Part shown: positions 1 through 15,829 of the stretch, one piece after another
Layout of the letters: each line of letters begins with the position of its first letter
Numbering within the stretch: position 1 is the stretch's first letter
DNA from: the human T2T-CHM13v2.0 reference genome, Homo sapiens
DNA: 64,000 bases
Strand: one strand, 5' to 3'
NCBI RefSeq assembly: GCF_009914755.1
Contig: NC_060929.1
The notes under the pieces: generated by a model
Database searches by the model: none
What the model saw: only the letters and a program-made list of their open reading frames with translations
Told to the model about the DNA's origin: nothing
Program-made: the position numbers and the translations under genes

Positions 1-860
1 AAAAAACAAATATTAATTTTAGGGTATCCTGTGAAAAGTTAAGAATGTATATTGTAGTACCTAAACAAGCCACTAAAAATGATGCACAGAAGTATCAGTA
101 GTAAGCTGACAGACATATTACAATAAGATCCTAGGAGATATTCAAGTTATCCAAGGAAAACAGGGAATAAACAGCACCTAAATTGTTTAATATTAACGGA
201 CAAAACACCCAGTTAAAAGATGGATCCAGCTAATTGTTGTATACATGAGATGCACTCACAATATACAGACACAGAACTGTAGGAGTAAAAATGGTTGTAA
301 AAATGTAACTACAAACAGTGACTCTAAGAGGCCTGAAATAGCTATATTAATATAAAATAAAGTACAAAACAGCAAGTACTACCTGTGATAAAAAAATGAC
401 ATCTCACAATGATAAAAGTGTCAAGCCTATAGGAAGACATAATAAACTTAAGTGTGTATGTACAAAATAACAACTCCTCAAGGTAAAGTTGACAGGATCC
501 AAGGGGACAATGAATTTTTCTTCAATTTTATTTGGAAAAATGTGAAACAATGTCTTAGCAATTGATAGAATTACTTAAAAAATTGAGGACAAAGGTGATC
601 TGAACTAAACCTTATGAAGAATTCCACCCTGCCAATTTAGAATACAGATTTTTTTTTCATATTTGTGTGGTGGTGTATTTACTAATGTAGAACATATGTT
701 GTATGACAAAATAGCATCAAATAATTTAAAAGAACTGGAATAACACAGTGTGTGCTGACCACAATAGCATTTAGTTAGCTATCAATAAAATATCTTGTTT
801 GAACCTAACTATTTGGACATTAACATAAAGCTTAATAACCAATGGGTAAAAAGTAACTTG
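1..860 (+). mobile_element. Ancient L1M (L1ME-like) fragment, inter-ORF/ORF2 endonuclease region
   Basis: Degenerate A-rich match to the L1 ORF2 N-terminal region (e.g. gctatattaatata...aaagta, ataaaagtgtcaagcctataggaagacataataaac); no open frame. Confidence 0.6.
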
Positions 861-869
861 TAAACAGAA

Positions 870-2195
870 TGAGCTCTTCATTGATTAGTGTTCGCATGAT
901 ATGTCTTTCTCCAATCCTTTCACTGTAACCAATCTAAGTCTTTAAATTTAAAGTGGGTTTCTTATAAACACAACATAATAGGGTATTTTTTAATCCACTC
1001 TGGCAATCTGTCTTTTAATTGGTGCATTTAAAATGATTATTAATATAGTTGGATTAATATATACCATGTATGTGAATGTCTTCTATTCATTCCATTTGTT
1101 CTTTGTTTCCTTTTTATCTTTTTCTGCCTTCTATGGTTTTAATTGCACATTTTATATAATTCCATTTTATCTCCTCTTAGCATAGTAACTATACTTCTTG
1201 TTTTAATATTTTTAATAGCTGCCTTAGAATTTCCAGTATCCATTTTAACTAATATAAATTCATCTTCAGATAACACTATAGTGCTTCATGTATAACGCAG
1301 GTACTTTATAAAAAAGTATTCCCAATTTTTCCCTTTTGCTCCTTATAATATTGCTGTGATTTATTTTGCTTATTCATATGCTAAAAACACCCAATATATT
1401 TTTACCTTTATTTCAAACAAAGTTATTTTCAAATTGATTAAGAAAAAGGAAAATTGATCTCTTCTTTATTTATTCCTTCTATAACACTCTTCCTTTATGT
1501 AGATTTGAGACTTGTAAAAGCTAAATTGCACCACACACTAGTTAAAAACAGCAAAGAAGACTTATTTAACTATTACAATAAGGGAGAGAGCTTGAACTCA
1601 ACTCAGCTGAAGCAAAAGGTGAGGCCATCCGTGTTTGCTAATAGCCACTTATGAAATTTAGGCTCCTATTCTCCCACAGATCTGAGAAAGTCTATTTCTC
1701 CTTCACTTTTGAAACAGTTTCACTGGATATAGATTATGGGTTACTGGGCTTTTTTTTTTTTTTTACCACTTTAAATATTTAACTATCCTTTTTTTGTGCA
1801 TTCATAGTTTCTGACAGGAGATCCACTGAATTTCTTAGGCATATGCCTCTGTGAGTATGGTGTTTTCCCTCTCTCTCCTTTGAGTTATTTTAAGACCTTT
1901 GTCTTTGGTGTGCTACAGTTTGAATACGATATGTCAAAATGTAATTATTTTTCCTTTGGTGGTGTTCTTTGAGCTTTCTAGATCCATGTTTAGAGTCTGA
2001 CATTAGTTCTGGAAATTTCTCAGCCAATATTACATCAAATATTTCTTTTACTCCATTCTCTTTCTTCTCCTCCTGGTGTTCCCACTATGCATATATTACA
2101 GCTATTGAAATTGTTCCACAGTACGTGGCTGTTGTATTCTGTCCCCCACATTCAGTTTCTCTTTTTATTTCAGTTTGGAAAGTTTCTATGCATTT
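870..2195 (-). mobile_element. Ancient L1M (L1MC/MD-like) fragment, ORF1/inter-ORF region, interrupted by an LTR piece
   Basis: Antisense L1 text such as tttatttattccttct and tctatttctccttcacttttgaa...cactggatatag...ggaaatttctcagccaatattac. Confidence 0.65.
1513..1685 (-). mobile_element. ERV1-class LTR fragment (MER31/MER67-like)
   Basis: tgtaaaagctaaattgcaccacacactagttaaaaacagcaaagaagacttattt...tattacaataaggg resembles the reverse complement of the MER31/67 3' end. Confidence 0.5.
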
Positions 2196-2270
2196 GTTCA
2201 CATTTTTCAAAACACAATGAATGTACGGTCAAGATTTGTGCATTTCATTTTACATTGAAGACATGAGTTC

Positions 2271-2855
<585 letters not shown>

Positions 2856-3639
2856 CTACTATTTGTGTAATTCATTGAAAGAGTTGGATGATTGATAGAT
2901 TGGCGGTGGCAGATGGATGGAAGGATATGGGATAAAACAAGTCGAGTAGAATTCTATTTGTAGAATCCCCATGGTGAGTAGATAGACATTCACTATAAAA
3001 TTATTGTATAACTGAGATATTCCTAATAAAATATTTGAAAAAAATACAATTGCTCAAAATCTCCTGAGGACTATAATTGAACAAAATGAGGCAATCAAAT
3101 AATGAGGAAAATGTTGACCAGAGAACCCATATCAATCTGTCCCTAGATAGGCCGCACTTATTTTTGTACAAAGAGTATTATTTGTTATTAACCTAAACTC
3201 TAGTTTTGTTATTGACTTAAACACTAATTTAAGGTCAGACTCAATAAAGCCTCTCACATTTGAAATAAAATAATTTTAACTTAATACAGTAATAGACCTT
3301 TAAATCAGCAGAGTAGGGTTAAACATACTATGTCAAAGATATCAATGAGGATAAAAAGGATCACATGGTGATATTTAAAAAACAGAAATTAATTGTATGA
3401 CTGTTGAAGTTAATGACTTTATACTAGAGGGAACTCAACGATTTAACAGACTATTTTGTGTTCTTTATCACATTATATAGGGTGATAAACCATAAACTTG
3501 AAAGGATTCTCTTTTATTTTCTCTCCTTATCAGTGCCATAAACATGCATTCTAATAGTGAGTATTTTCCTTTTGATAAAGTGGCAAATGAAAAGTTTTGT
3601 ATTAAGTCCAGAGATAGATCAGCACATATCAAATTAGTT

Positions 3640-4150
3640 AATCTGCATCTGTGCTGCTTCACTTTGATATATTATCTAGCCATCCTGACCTCGAGCAGAC
3701 ATGTTCCTGCTGATCCTTCTGGTTGTCTGATGCTCAGGACTTTTTTCTCTGCTATTTCTTTAGATCCCTCTAGCATTGGGTGCATATAATCACAGATTTC
3801 CTCGTGGCTATTTTTGGTTTCTAATCTATCTTTCAGTTTGGGCACAGCTTCATTCTTTGATATTCTATTTACAGCTGCCTAGAGACCATCACCCTTTGAA
3901 TGTCACCAGGTAACCTGTGATTCAAAATTTTTTTACACCAACTCTACTACACAGTCTTGGTATCACTTTTTAAATCAAATAGACTAGAAATCTTACAGTC
4001 CTTTTCACTATTCTCTCTGTTCCTTGTTTTCTTCTATTCTTTTATTCTCTCTATGACATATTCTTGCTTTTCTTCAAGTTTCTCTGGTATGTGGATTTTT
4101 CCTCATGTTACAATCATCATGAGGTCAATTCCATGCCCCTAGAACAATCA
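3640..4150 (+). mobile_element. Possible highly decayed L2 fragment
   Basis: Pyrimidine-rich L2-like text (ctgcctagagaccatcaccctttgaatgtcaccaggtaacctg). Confidence 0.3.
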
Positions 4151-6935
4151 ATTATTCAGTTCATCTAACAAAAAGAGCATATAATTTTGAAAGTATATCC
4201 AAGTAACTTCTCTAAGATTCAGAACAACTTTTTATAAAGTAGGAACAATAGTGATATTAATGAAAGCAAAAATATACATGGATGACAATGGAGCCTGAAA
4301 TATATTGTTTATAAAGAGTTATAATGGCAAAGTCTTCAATCATGGCCTCTAGGGAGGCATTTTTGTTGGATTACAAGAATGTCTTGTCAAGTACGTTTCT
4401 GGCTCATGAGAACTGGCAATACCTATATATGAACTTAATCAAACTTTTTTGGGTTTAAACCATCTTTCTTTTATTTCACCATAGAAAAAACACAGAAAGA
4501 TGCTAATTATGTGACAATTCTTAGAGAAAAAAGGTAAAGCCAAGAGCCAGATTATTTTATTTTCAGAGAATATAAAAAGGAACAAATCTCTGTATGAAAT
4601 TTTTAAAGTTCATTATAGAAAATATGAGTAAAAGGAAATCTCATACTTCTAGTGCAGATAAAAGTCCTTTTTGTATGCACTTGTGTGATTTAACAAAATT
4701 AGCACATTACTGGATAGTTAATTTGCCATCTTTCAAGTTCTTTCAAAATTAACATCATGTAATAAGCAATTTTCCATCCATTAACTCATCCTCATGAGCA
4801 TAATATAATGCATTTTATATGATAAATTATGCTTCATGATCTAATTGATCTTGTTAATATTTTTATATTAGAGTTTTTTCAATTTTGTAATATTGTTTAA
4901 AAAGTTTTTATTTTTTAGTTTTATGGGCACATAATAGATGTATGTATTTATGAGGTACATGAGATGTTTTGATACAGGCAGGCAATTCATAATAATCACA
5001 TCCTGGAGAATGGGGTATCCATACCCTCGAGAATTTATCCTTACAATTTATCCAACAATTCAATTATACTCTTTTAGCTATTTTGAAATGTACAATTATA
5101 GTATTGTTGACTATAGTGACCCTGTTGTGCTACTTTTTGTAGGTCTTATTCATTCTTCCATTTTTTTTTGTACCCATTAATCATTCCCATCTTCCCCCTA
5201 CCCTCACACTACCCTTCCCAGCCTCTGGTAATCATCACTCTACTCTCTATCTCCAAGGGTTTAATTGTTTTGGTTTTCAGATCTCACAAATAAATGAGAC
5301 CATGCAATGCTTGTCTTTCTGTGCCTGGTTTATTTCATTTAACATAGTGATCTTCATTTCCATCCATGTTGTTGCAAATGACAGGGTCTCATTCTTTTTT
5401 AAACGGCTGAATAGTACTCCATTGTGTATATATACCACATTTTCTTTAACCACTTATCTGTTTATGGACATGTAGGTTGCTTCACAATCTTGGCTATTGT
5501 GAAGAACGCTGCAACAAACATAGGAATGCAGGTACCTCTTCAATATACTGGTTTTCCTTCTTTTGGGTATATAGTCGGCAGTTAGATTGCTGGGTCATAT
5601 GATAACTCTAATTTTATATTTTTGAGGAACCTCTAAATTGTTCTCCATGGTGGTTGTAATAACTTAAATTCCCACCAACAGGGTATGAGGGTTCCCTTTC
5701 TACACATGCTCACCAACATTTTTTACTTCCTGTCTTTTAGATGTGAGCCGCTTTAACTGGGGTAAGATGATAGTTCATGGTAGTTTTTATGTGCATTTCT
5801 GATGATCAATGATGTTGAGCACATTTTCATATGCCTGTTTGCCATTCTGTATGTCTTTTTTTGAGAAACGTCTATTTAAATCTTTTGTCCGTTTTATAAT
5901 CAGATTATTAGATATTTTCCTATAGGGTTGTTTGAGCTCCTTATATATTCTGATTATTAATCTCTTTTCAGATGGGTAGTTTGCAAATAATTTCTCCCAG
6001 TATGTGCGTTGTCTCTTCACTTTGTTAATTCTTTTCTATGCTGAGCAGAAAATTTTTTCTCAATGTGATCTTATTTGTCCATTTTTGCTTTGGTTGCCTA
6101 CGCTTGTGAGCAAAGTTACTCAAGAAATTTTGCCCAGACCAAGGTCCTAGAGATTTTCCCTAAGGTTTTCTTGTAGTGGTTTCATAGTTCATGGTCTTAG
6201 ATTTAAATCTTTAATCCATTTTGATTTTATTTTTGTATACGGTGAGAGGCAGGGGTTTAGTTTTATTCTTCTTCATATGGATCATATAGATATCCAGTTT
6301 TCCCAGCACCATTTATCGAAAAGACTGTCTTGTCTCCAGTGTATGTTCTTGGCACCTTTTTTGAAAATGAGTTCACTGTAGGTGTTTGATTTGTTTCTGG
6401 GTTTGCTACTCTTTCCCTTGGTTTATGTGTCTACTTTTATGCCAGTACCATGCTATTTTGTCTACTATAGATTTGTAGTATAATTTGGCATCAGATTATG
6501 TAATTCCTCTTTCTTTTTCTTAGGATAGCTTTGACTATTCTGAGCCTTTGTGATTCCATGTAAATTTTAGGATGTTTTTTATTTCTGTGAAGAATGTCAT
6601 TCATAATTTGATAGAGATTAGATTGAATCTGTATACTGTTTTGAATAGTATGGACATTTTAATAGTATTGATTCTTCCAATCCATGAACATGGAACATGT
6701 TTATATTTTTTGTGTGTCCTCTTAAATTTCTTTAATCAGTGTTGTATAGTTTTCATTATACTAAGATCTTTTACTTCTTTGATTACGTTAATGCTTAGGT
6801 TGTTTATTTTATTTTTTTGCTATTTAAATGCAATCACTTTTTAAATTTCTTTTCAGATTGTTTGCTGTTGTCATATAGACAGGATACTGATTTTTGAATG
6901 TTTGTGTCCTACAACTTTACTGAATTTGTTTATAA

Positions 6936-7251
<316 letters not shown>

Positions 7252-8267
7252 CTAATAGTTGTTTTAATGAAGTCTCTAGTTTTTTTTTTTCCCCAAATAG
7301 AAGATCATATCTGCAAAAAAGGATACTTTGATTTCTCGCTTTCCAGCTTGGATGCCCTTTATTCTTTCTCTTATCTGATTGCTCTAGTTAGAACTTTCAG
7401 TATTATGTTGAATAACAGTGGTGAAAGTGGGCATTCCTGTTGTGTTTCAGATCTTAGAGGAAAGGCTTTCAGCTTTTCCCCATTCAGTATAATAATAGAT
7501 GTTGGTCTGTTATATGTGGCTTTCATTATGTTTAGATATGTTCCTTCTATACCCAGTTTTTTTAGAGTTTTTATCATGATGGGATGTTGAACTTTATCAA
7601 ATGTTTTTTCAGCATCAGTTTAAATGATGATATGGTTGTTGTCCTTCATTCTGTTCATATGATGTATCACATTGATTGTTTTGCATATGTTGAAACATCC
7701 TTGTATCCCAGGGGTAAACGCCACTCGGTCATGAGCAATGATCTTTTAAATATATTACTGAATTTGATTTGCTAGTATCTTGTTGAGGACATTTGCATCA
7801 ATATTTATCAGGTATATTGGCCTGTTGTTTTATTTTTATGATAAGTATTTGTATTGTTTTGGTATTAGGGCAATACTGTCCTCATAGAATGAGCTTGGAC
7901 GTTATTAGTCCTCCTCTTTTTCAGAACAGTTTGAATAGGATGCGTATTAGTTTCTATTAAAAACGTTTTATAGAGTTCAGCAGTGAGGCTATTGGGTCCC
8001 AGGCTTTCCTTTACTGGAAGACATTTTATTAAGATTTCAATCTTGTTACTTGTTATTCACATGTTCAGGTTTTGGATTTCTTCCTTGTTCAGTCTTAGTA
8101 GGTTAGATGTGTCTAGAATTTTGTCCATTTCTTCTAGATTTTCCAGTTTATTGTCATTTAGTTGCTCATAGTAGCAGTTAATGTTTCTTTGAATTTTTGT
8201 AGTATCAGTTTGTAATGGCTCTTTTTTCATCTGTGATTTTATTTATATGGATCTTCTCTCTTCTCTC

Positions 8268-8589
8268 CTTTTTTCTTTTTTCTTTTTTTTCTTTTTCTTT
8301 GAGATGGAGTCTCGCTCTGTCACCCAGGCTGGAGTGCAGTGGTGCGATCTCGGCTCACTGCAAGCTTCACCTCCTGGGTTCACACCATTCTCCTGCCTCA
8401 ACCCCTGAGTAGCTGGGACAACAGGCGCCCACCACCACGCTGGCTAATTTTTTTTTTTTTTTTGTATTTTTAGTAGAGATGAGGTTTCACCGTGTTAGCC
8501 AGGGTGGTCTCAATCTCCTGACCTCGTGATCCGCCTGTCTCGGCCTCTCAAAGTACTAGGATTACAGGCGTGAGCCACCGCACCCAGCC
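8268..8589 (-). mobile_element. AluY inserted in L1MA
   Basis: Y diagnostics: gcaagct, cacaccattc, cgtgttagccagg, gacctcgtgatcc. Confidence 0.9.
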
Positions 8590-11500
8590 TCCATTTTTCT
8601 TAGTCAGTCTGGCTAAAGGTTTGTCAATTTTGTTTAACTTTTCAAAAAAAACCTTTTTGTTTCATTGATATTTTGTATCATTTTCTTCATTTCAATTTCA
8701 TTTATTTCTGCTTTGATTTTTATTATTTCTTTTGTTTTAGTAATTCTGGGTTTGGTTTGCTCTTGCTTTTCTAGTTCTTTAAGCTTCATTGTTAGGGCAT
8801 TTATTTGAATTTTTCTTCTTTTCTGATGTGGGTTATTACAGTCATAAACTTCTCTCCTAGTACTGCTTTTCTTATATCCCATAGATTGTGATATGTTGTG
8901 TTTTTCTTATTTTTTTCAATAAATTTTTTAATCTCCTTCAAATTTTCTGCATAGACCCACTGGTCAGAAAGAAGCATATTGTTTAATTTTCATGTATTTG
9001 TATGATTTCCATAATTCCTATTGTTCTTGCTTTGTAGTTTTATACGACTGTGGTCATAGGATGTGCTTGGTATTATTTAAATTACTTAAAATGTCTCAAG
9101 ACTTGTTTCATGACCTATCATATAATCTATCTTTGAGAATGATCCATGTGCTGAGACAAAGGATGTATATTCTGAAGCTGTTGGATGAAATATCTTGTAA
9201 ATATCCATTGGATCCATTTGGTCCATAGTGCAGTTTAAGTCTGATGTTTGTTGATTTTCTATTTAGAAGTTCTGCCCAATGCTGAAAGTGAGGTGTTGAA
9301 TTCTCCAGCTATTATTGTATTGGAATCTATCTCTCTCTTTAGCTCTAGTAATATTTACATGCCTGAGGGCTTCAGTGTTGGGTGCATATATACTTATAGT
9401 TGTTATATCCTCTTGCTAAATTCACCCTTTTATCATTTTATAGCATCCTTCTTTGTCTCTTCTTATACTCTTTGTCTTTCATCTGATATAAGTATAGCTA
9501 CTCCTGCTTGTTTTGGGTTTGCAGTGACACGGAATATCTTTTTTTCAGGGTATGTGTGTCTTCATAGGTGAAGTGTGCTTCTTTTAGGCAACAGATCAAT
9601 GTTTCTTGCCTTTTTTTTTTTGCCATTCAGCTACTCCATTGGAGACTTTAGTCCATTTACAGTCAATGTTATTATTAATAAGTGGACTTTCTCCTACCAT
9701 TTTGATATTTGTTTTCTGGTTGTTTTGTAGTCTAAGCATCCATCTTTCCTTCCTGTCTTCTTTTTGTGAAGGTAGTTTTCTCTGGTGATATCATTTAGTT
9801 TCTTGCTTTTTATTTTTTTGTGTATCCATTGTATGGTTTTTGGTTTGAGATTACCATGAGGCTTGCAAATTCTATCTTATAACCCATTATTTTAAGTTGA
9901 TAACAACTTAACTTAGTTTGCATAAAAAACCTAAAAAGCAAAAAGAAAACTAATAAAAACTCTACACCTTCATTCCCCACTTTTAGATTTTTTGTTGTTT
10001 CTATTTATATATTGTACTGTTTATATCTTGAAAAGTTGCTGTAGTTATTATTTTTATTGGTTCTTCATTTAGCCTTTCTACTTAGCCCAAGGTGAGTAAT
10101 AACTAACCACAGTTACAGTGTTATAATGTTCTGTGTTTTTCTGGATACTTATTATTACCAGTGAGTTGTGTGCCTTCAGGTGATTACTTATTGATCCCTA
10201 ATGTCTGTTTCTTTCTGATTAAAATACTCCCTTTAGAATTTCTTGTAGGACAGGTATAGTGTTGACGAAATCCCTCACCTTTTGTTTGTCTGGGAAAATC
10301 TTTATTTCTCCTTCATGTTTGAAGGATATATACCAGTATATCTGGAGTATTCACCAGATATATTATTCTAGTGTAAAGGTTTCCTTTTTTCTTCTTCAGC
10401 ACTTTAAATATGTCATGCCACTCTCTTCGGGTCTGTAACATTTCCACTAAGAAGTCTGCTGCCAGACATATTGGAGCTTCATTGTATGTTATTTGTTTTT
10501 TTTTTCTCTTGCTGCTTTTAGAATAGTTTCTTTATCCTTGATATTTGGGAGTTTGATTATTAACTGCCTTGAGGTTGTCTTTGTGTTAAATCTGCTTGGT
10601 GTTTTATACATTCTTGTACTTGGACAATGATATCTGTCTAGATTTGGGAGGTTCTCTGTTATTATCCCTTTGAATAAACTTTCTTCCCCTGTCTCTTTCT
10701 CTACTTCCTCTTTAAGTCGAACTCTTAGATTTGCCCTGTTGAGGCTGTTTTTTAGATCCTGTAGCCGTGCTTCATTGTTTTTCATTCTTTTTTTGTGTGT
10801 GTGTCTCTTCTGACTGTGTATTTTAAAAGAGTCTGTCATCAAGCTCAGTAATTCTTCCTCTGTTTGGTCAAATCTGTATTTACAAACTCTGGTGCACTCT
10901 TCAGCATGTCTATTGCAATTTTCGGCTCCAGAATTTCTCCTTGAGTCTTTTTAATTACTTCGATCTCTTTGTTAAATTTATCTGATAGAATTCTGAGTTC
11001 TTTCATGGTGATACCTTGAATTTCTTCAAATTTCCTCAAGACAGCTGTTTTGAATTCTCTGTCTGAAAGGTCAGATATCTCTTTTCTCCAGGATTGCTCC
11101 CTGGCACCTTATTTACTTCTCTTGATGAGGTTGTGTATTCCTGGATTGTTTTGATACTTGTAGATAGATGTTCAGCTGTGTCTGGACATTGAATAGTTAA
11201 GTATTTATTGTAGTCTTCACTGTCTGGGCTTGTTTGTAACCATCCTTGGAAAGGCTTTCCAGATATTCACAAAGACTTGGGTATTGTGATCCAAGCTGTA
11301 TCTGCTTTAGGAGGCCCAATAATGCTGTGGTTCATGAAGACTCGTAAAAGTACTGCCTCGATGATCTCGGACAAGATCTGGAATTCTCTGGATTACCAGG
11401 CAGAGACTTGCTCTCTTCACTCAGTTTCTCCCAAACAAATGGAGAAACTCTCTCTAGTTTCTGAACCACCTGAAGCTGAGGGTGGAATGACACAGTCACC

Positions 11501-13404
11501 CTGGTGGCCATCACCACTATGACTCTGCTAAGTCAGACCCGAAGCCAATACGTCACTGGGTCTCACACAAAGCCTGCTGTAAGTACTCCCTGGCTACTGC
11601 CTATGTTCACTCAAAGCCTTGGGACTCTATCGTCAGCAGGTAGCAAAGCCAGCCATTCCTCTGTCCTTCTTTTCAGGGTGGCGAGTTTGCCGGGAACCTG
11701 GAGGGTCCAGAGGTGCTGTCAGGGAGCCAGAGTCTATATTCAAATACCTTAAAAGTCCACCTGGTGTTCTATTGTACTGCTGCTGAGCTTGTACTCAAAC
11801 CACTAGATGCTGACCTTCCACTCTTCCGTTCCCTTTCCAAAAGCAGAGGAGCCTCATCCCATGGCCACCACCACTACAGGCCCATGGAGAATACCTCCAT
11901 ACTACTGCTGATGTTCCCTTGAGGCTCAAGGGCTCTTCAGTCAGCTTGCAGTGAATGCTGCCTGGCCTGGGACTCGCCCTCCAGGGCATTGGATCCCCTT
12001 TTGCCCAGGGCAGGTCGGGACATGCCATCCAAGGGCCAAATTCTGGAATCAGGGACCCCAAGAGCCCACATGGTGCTCTACAACTCTGTGGCGGAGATGG
12101 TACCTAAAGTGCAAGACAATGTCCCCTTTACTTTATCCTCAACTTTTCTTAAGCAGATAGTGTTTTGCCTCATAGCCACCACAGCTAGGAATGTGCTGAG
12201 TCTCACGTGAAGCCAGCCGATCTCAGATTCTCACCCAAAGCCGTTAATGCAGTTCCTGGGTATCACTGCTTGTTTTTCAGGGCCCAAGGGCTCTTCAGTT
12301 AGCAGGTGATAAATGCTGCCAGGACTGGGTTCTTTCCTTCAAGGCAGTGGTTTCCCTTCTGACCCAAGGTGTACCTAGTATTGTTGTCTCGGAGCGATGC
12401 CCAAGGGCTAGGAAAAGGGATATCAGGACTCTGACAGGGGCCCTATCCTGCTGTGGCTTAGCTGGTAGGCAAAATGCAAAACAATGTCCTCCCCACTCTT
12501 TTGATTTCCTCTGCTCAGGGAGAAGGAAGGGGTTTCTTTTTAAACTGTAAACTGTGCAGCCTTGGCTTAGGGTTAGGGTGATGGCAGCATTACCTTAGCA
12601 ACCCTGGCTTGTGTCTCAGTAGGTTATATGCCCACCCAATCTAGTATCTCTAGGCGCAGTTCAGCACTAGGACTCACCTAGTTGTTATAGTTCTTGTGGC
12701 ATAGACCGCCTTTCTAGTTTATTTTATTTAGATTCTCGGAGTACTTTAGCCCAGTGTTGAGGCTTGCAGAATTCAAATTTGAGCTGCTGGGATTGATAAT
12801 TTCTCTCTGGCGAGGGCTGCTTAAAAGCTCCCTCTGTGGGCTGGCATCAGCTGAGTTTGTTCTGATTTTCTTTTCTGCTGTAACAGGACAGCATTGAGTT
12901 TAATGCCTCATAATTACCGGGCTCTCCCTCCCCCAGCCCAGTTAAAGGCTCTCTGTACCATTCTGCTGCTGCCAGGTGGTGTCAGCAATTCAAAACGGTT
13001 TTTCTTCCCTCTTCAGTGCCTCTTTCAGTGATACGACAGTAAAACCAGGTACTGTGAGTGCTCAACTGATTTTTCATATGTACGAAGGTGTTTTCTTTTG
13101 TGTGTGTAGATAGTTGTTAAATTACTGCCCTTTTGGTGAGGGAAACAATTGATGGAGCCTTCTATTCTACCATCTTGCTCCACCTCCACCACGTGTTAAA
13201 AAGTTATTTTATTTCAATAATTATATGTTATATCTGACAAAGTCTTGTGGTGCTTTATCCCTCAGAATTTTGCGAAAACAACACAAGCCTTTAATGACAA
13301 TGAAGAGACCCACATCGTGACATGGATACGATACCTTAAAGATTTTTTACAAACTCCCTCTTTCCGTGACACCAATACACTAATAAAAAGGTTTAGATCC
13401 TTTA

Positions 13405-14025
13405 GGTAGTAGGCAAAGTAATGGACCTCCAGCGCTTTTACTCCCTAATCTTTGGAACCTGTGAATATGTCACCTTACAGGGTAGAAAGAAACTTTGCAG
13501 GAGCAATAAAGGATAAACTGGAAATGAGATATTATTCTGAATTATCCAGGTGGGTCCCACCTAATCACATGGGTTCCTAAAAGTGGAAGAGGAAGGCAGA
13601 AGTTTGGGTTGGAGAGATGCAACAGAAGAAGAGAAAAGGTGGGAGTTGAGAGGGATTCAAAGGGTAAATGAGACACAACTGTCATTGCTGGCTTTGAAGA
13701 GGGAGGAATGTAGCCATAAGCCAAGGAAGTTGATGGTTTCTATAAGCTGGGTTCGGGCCTCAGCTTAAAGTCAGAGAGAAAATGGGGATCACAGTCTTAA
13801 AATCCAAGGAACTAAATTCTGGAAACCACCTAAATAAACAAGGAAATAGATTTTCCCTTAGAGCCTCCAGAATGAAGCATTACCAACATTACCAATGTCT
13901 TGATTTTAATCTGTTGAAATTATTATTATTATCTTTCAACATACAGAACTGTAGATAATAAATTCATGTTCTTTTAGCCCACTAAGTTTGTAGTAGTTTG
14001 TTGTGGTACTAATAGAAAACTAATA
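13405..14025 (+). mobile_element. MLT1D/E-like MaLR solo LTR
   Basis: ggaacctgtgaatatgtcaccttac...ttatccaggtgggtccc...ctagagcctccaga...aatagaaaactaata. Confidence 0.85.
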
Positions 14026-14069
14026 TATTACACCTACTATATTAACAATAATAATGGTATAATTACAGT

Positions 14070-14280
14070 AATCATAATAGTTTACTATTTTTATTGAGCA
14101 CTTACTATGCCCCAGTCTGTATATAACTATAGTAATTATATTAATTCAATTCATATTTAGACTCTATGAGTTAGAGTTAAATATCAAAGATGTGAGGAAA
14201 CTGAGGTGCTAAATGGTTAAGTAACTCATTCAAAGGCATTTCATTAAAAGCACCATTAAAAGCAGCAATGTCAGGATTTG
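14070..14280 (-). mobile_element. MIR
   Basis: ttattgagcacttactatg...gaggaaactgagg...ggttaagtaact core. Confidence 0.75.
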
Positions 14281-15829
14281 TTTTTAATTTTAGTTTGGAT
14301 GTAGTTATCATAATCTTTATTTGTAAACAATTGATAATATGACATAACATATTTAAAGCCTTGAAACGTAACTATTAAACACAAAATCAATGAGTTATTG
14401 AAATGCATCATTGAGATACAACTTTTAAAACTCAACTTATATACTGTTTTTATTTTAATTTACTTATTTCTAAAATCAACCAGCATTTAGTGTCTATTCT
14501 ATTTTTTATATGTTCATTTCTGATTTATTTAAAAATATATGTATAAAAATGCTTGTAACAAATTAATAGATTAAAATGAAAAACATTTTTTGGCAATATT
14601 TATTAATTCTTTGAACTTCTGAGTGTCATGTGCTCTAAATCACATAATAAACTCTCACCACAAAAATTATTTTTAAACCTATATTCCTTGACCATAAGGT
14701 AAGATCTTCTGCCAATTTAGTTGAGTTAAAATGATCTTGCAAAAAAAAATTTGCCTACACATTTGTAGTATCTACAGATTTACTTCATTTGAATTATGGG
14801 AAATAATCTCCATAGAAACTCATTGCCTGAAGCCCTGCTTCTCAAAACAAAAGCAAAATCACATACTCTCTCTCAGAAAAAGTCTCCCATATGACAGCCG
14901 GGATGGCTTTTTGGGAGGGAGAGGACACTAGAAAGGAAAAGATCAGAAAAGCCAACCCTTCTCCATGTTTCTCGGGTTTGGAGGAGTGACTATGCATACC
15001 CTCTGACCCTACACAGTCAGAGGCTTGGAAAAAGGAGAGGTAAGTATTGGACAAGTAGCTCACCTTAAGAAATTGGGGTACAGGTGCTCTACCCACCTGG
15101 GGAGCTTCCACAGAAAAATGCTATGTGACCAGGAGAAAGAGGCCTGCCAAATACTTTTGCCTAAATGTCCTTGAATTTAGAGTGCCAGGACCAGTGGGCA
15201 AGGGTGGCCTGCAGCAGTGGCAGAGGTAGGAGGTCAGGGTGCTGGATGAGTAGAGGATGAAGGATGTGATCAATGCCCAAGTGTGCACTTCGCAAGCAAA
15301 AACAACATTAAGCTCTGAGTTACAGCAACTAACACTTCAGCCCAAATATTCAACAGGGCAAACAATACTCAGTGGGGTGAGAGACACAGCTCTGGAGACG
15401 AATATAAGGAGGAACTAGCACAAAGTCAGCTGGTTCTTCTTAACACAACGCAGCTGACATTGAATTCCATTTTAGGAATAGGAAGGAGGAGGCTGGAGGA
15501 CAAAGTAACACATTTCTAAAGATCATCTTTAAATAATCCTATAAAACTAACTTCAAACTAATTTGGTTACGTATTTATTTTGTTTCCTCTTATCATAAGA
15601 GTCAGGTCAGAGGAAAGTTCAGACTAGTCAGAGATACGAGTAGCTCCATTTTTTTCAGACATCTGTCCTGTACTGGGAGTTAAATTTGAAACTCTATTAT
15701 ATGTTATCTGGAAGTTTGCATTTTATTAACTTAAGCTTTGTGTACCTACAATGATACTTGCTATGTTCATGGAGGAAAATATCTTTTGGGAAAATAATAA
15801 TTGCTGGAATTCTTTTTATCATTTACTAG

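Noticed and set aside
1-2195. Opposed L1 fragments suggesting a large inverted repeat
   Set aside because: Appear to be two independent, highly diverged old L1 pieces with no close arm-to-arm identity
14840-15620. GC-richer stretch, possibly an old LTR (similar case at 26980-27330)
   Set aside because: Could not match a family or find termini by eye; needs a Dfam search
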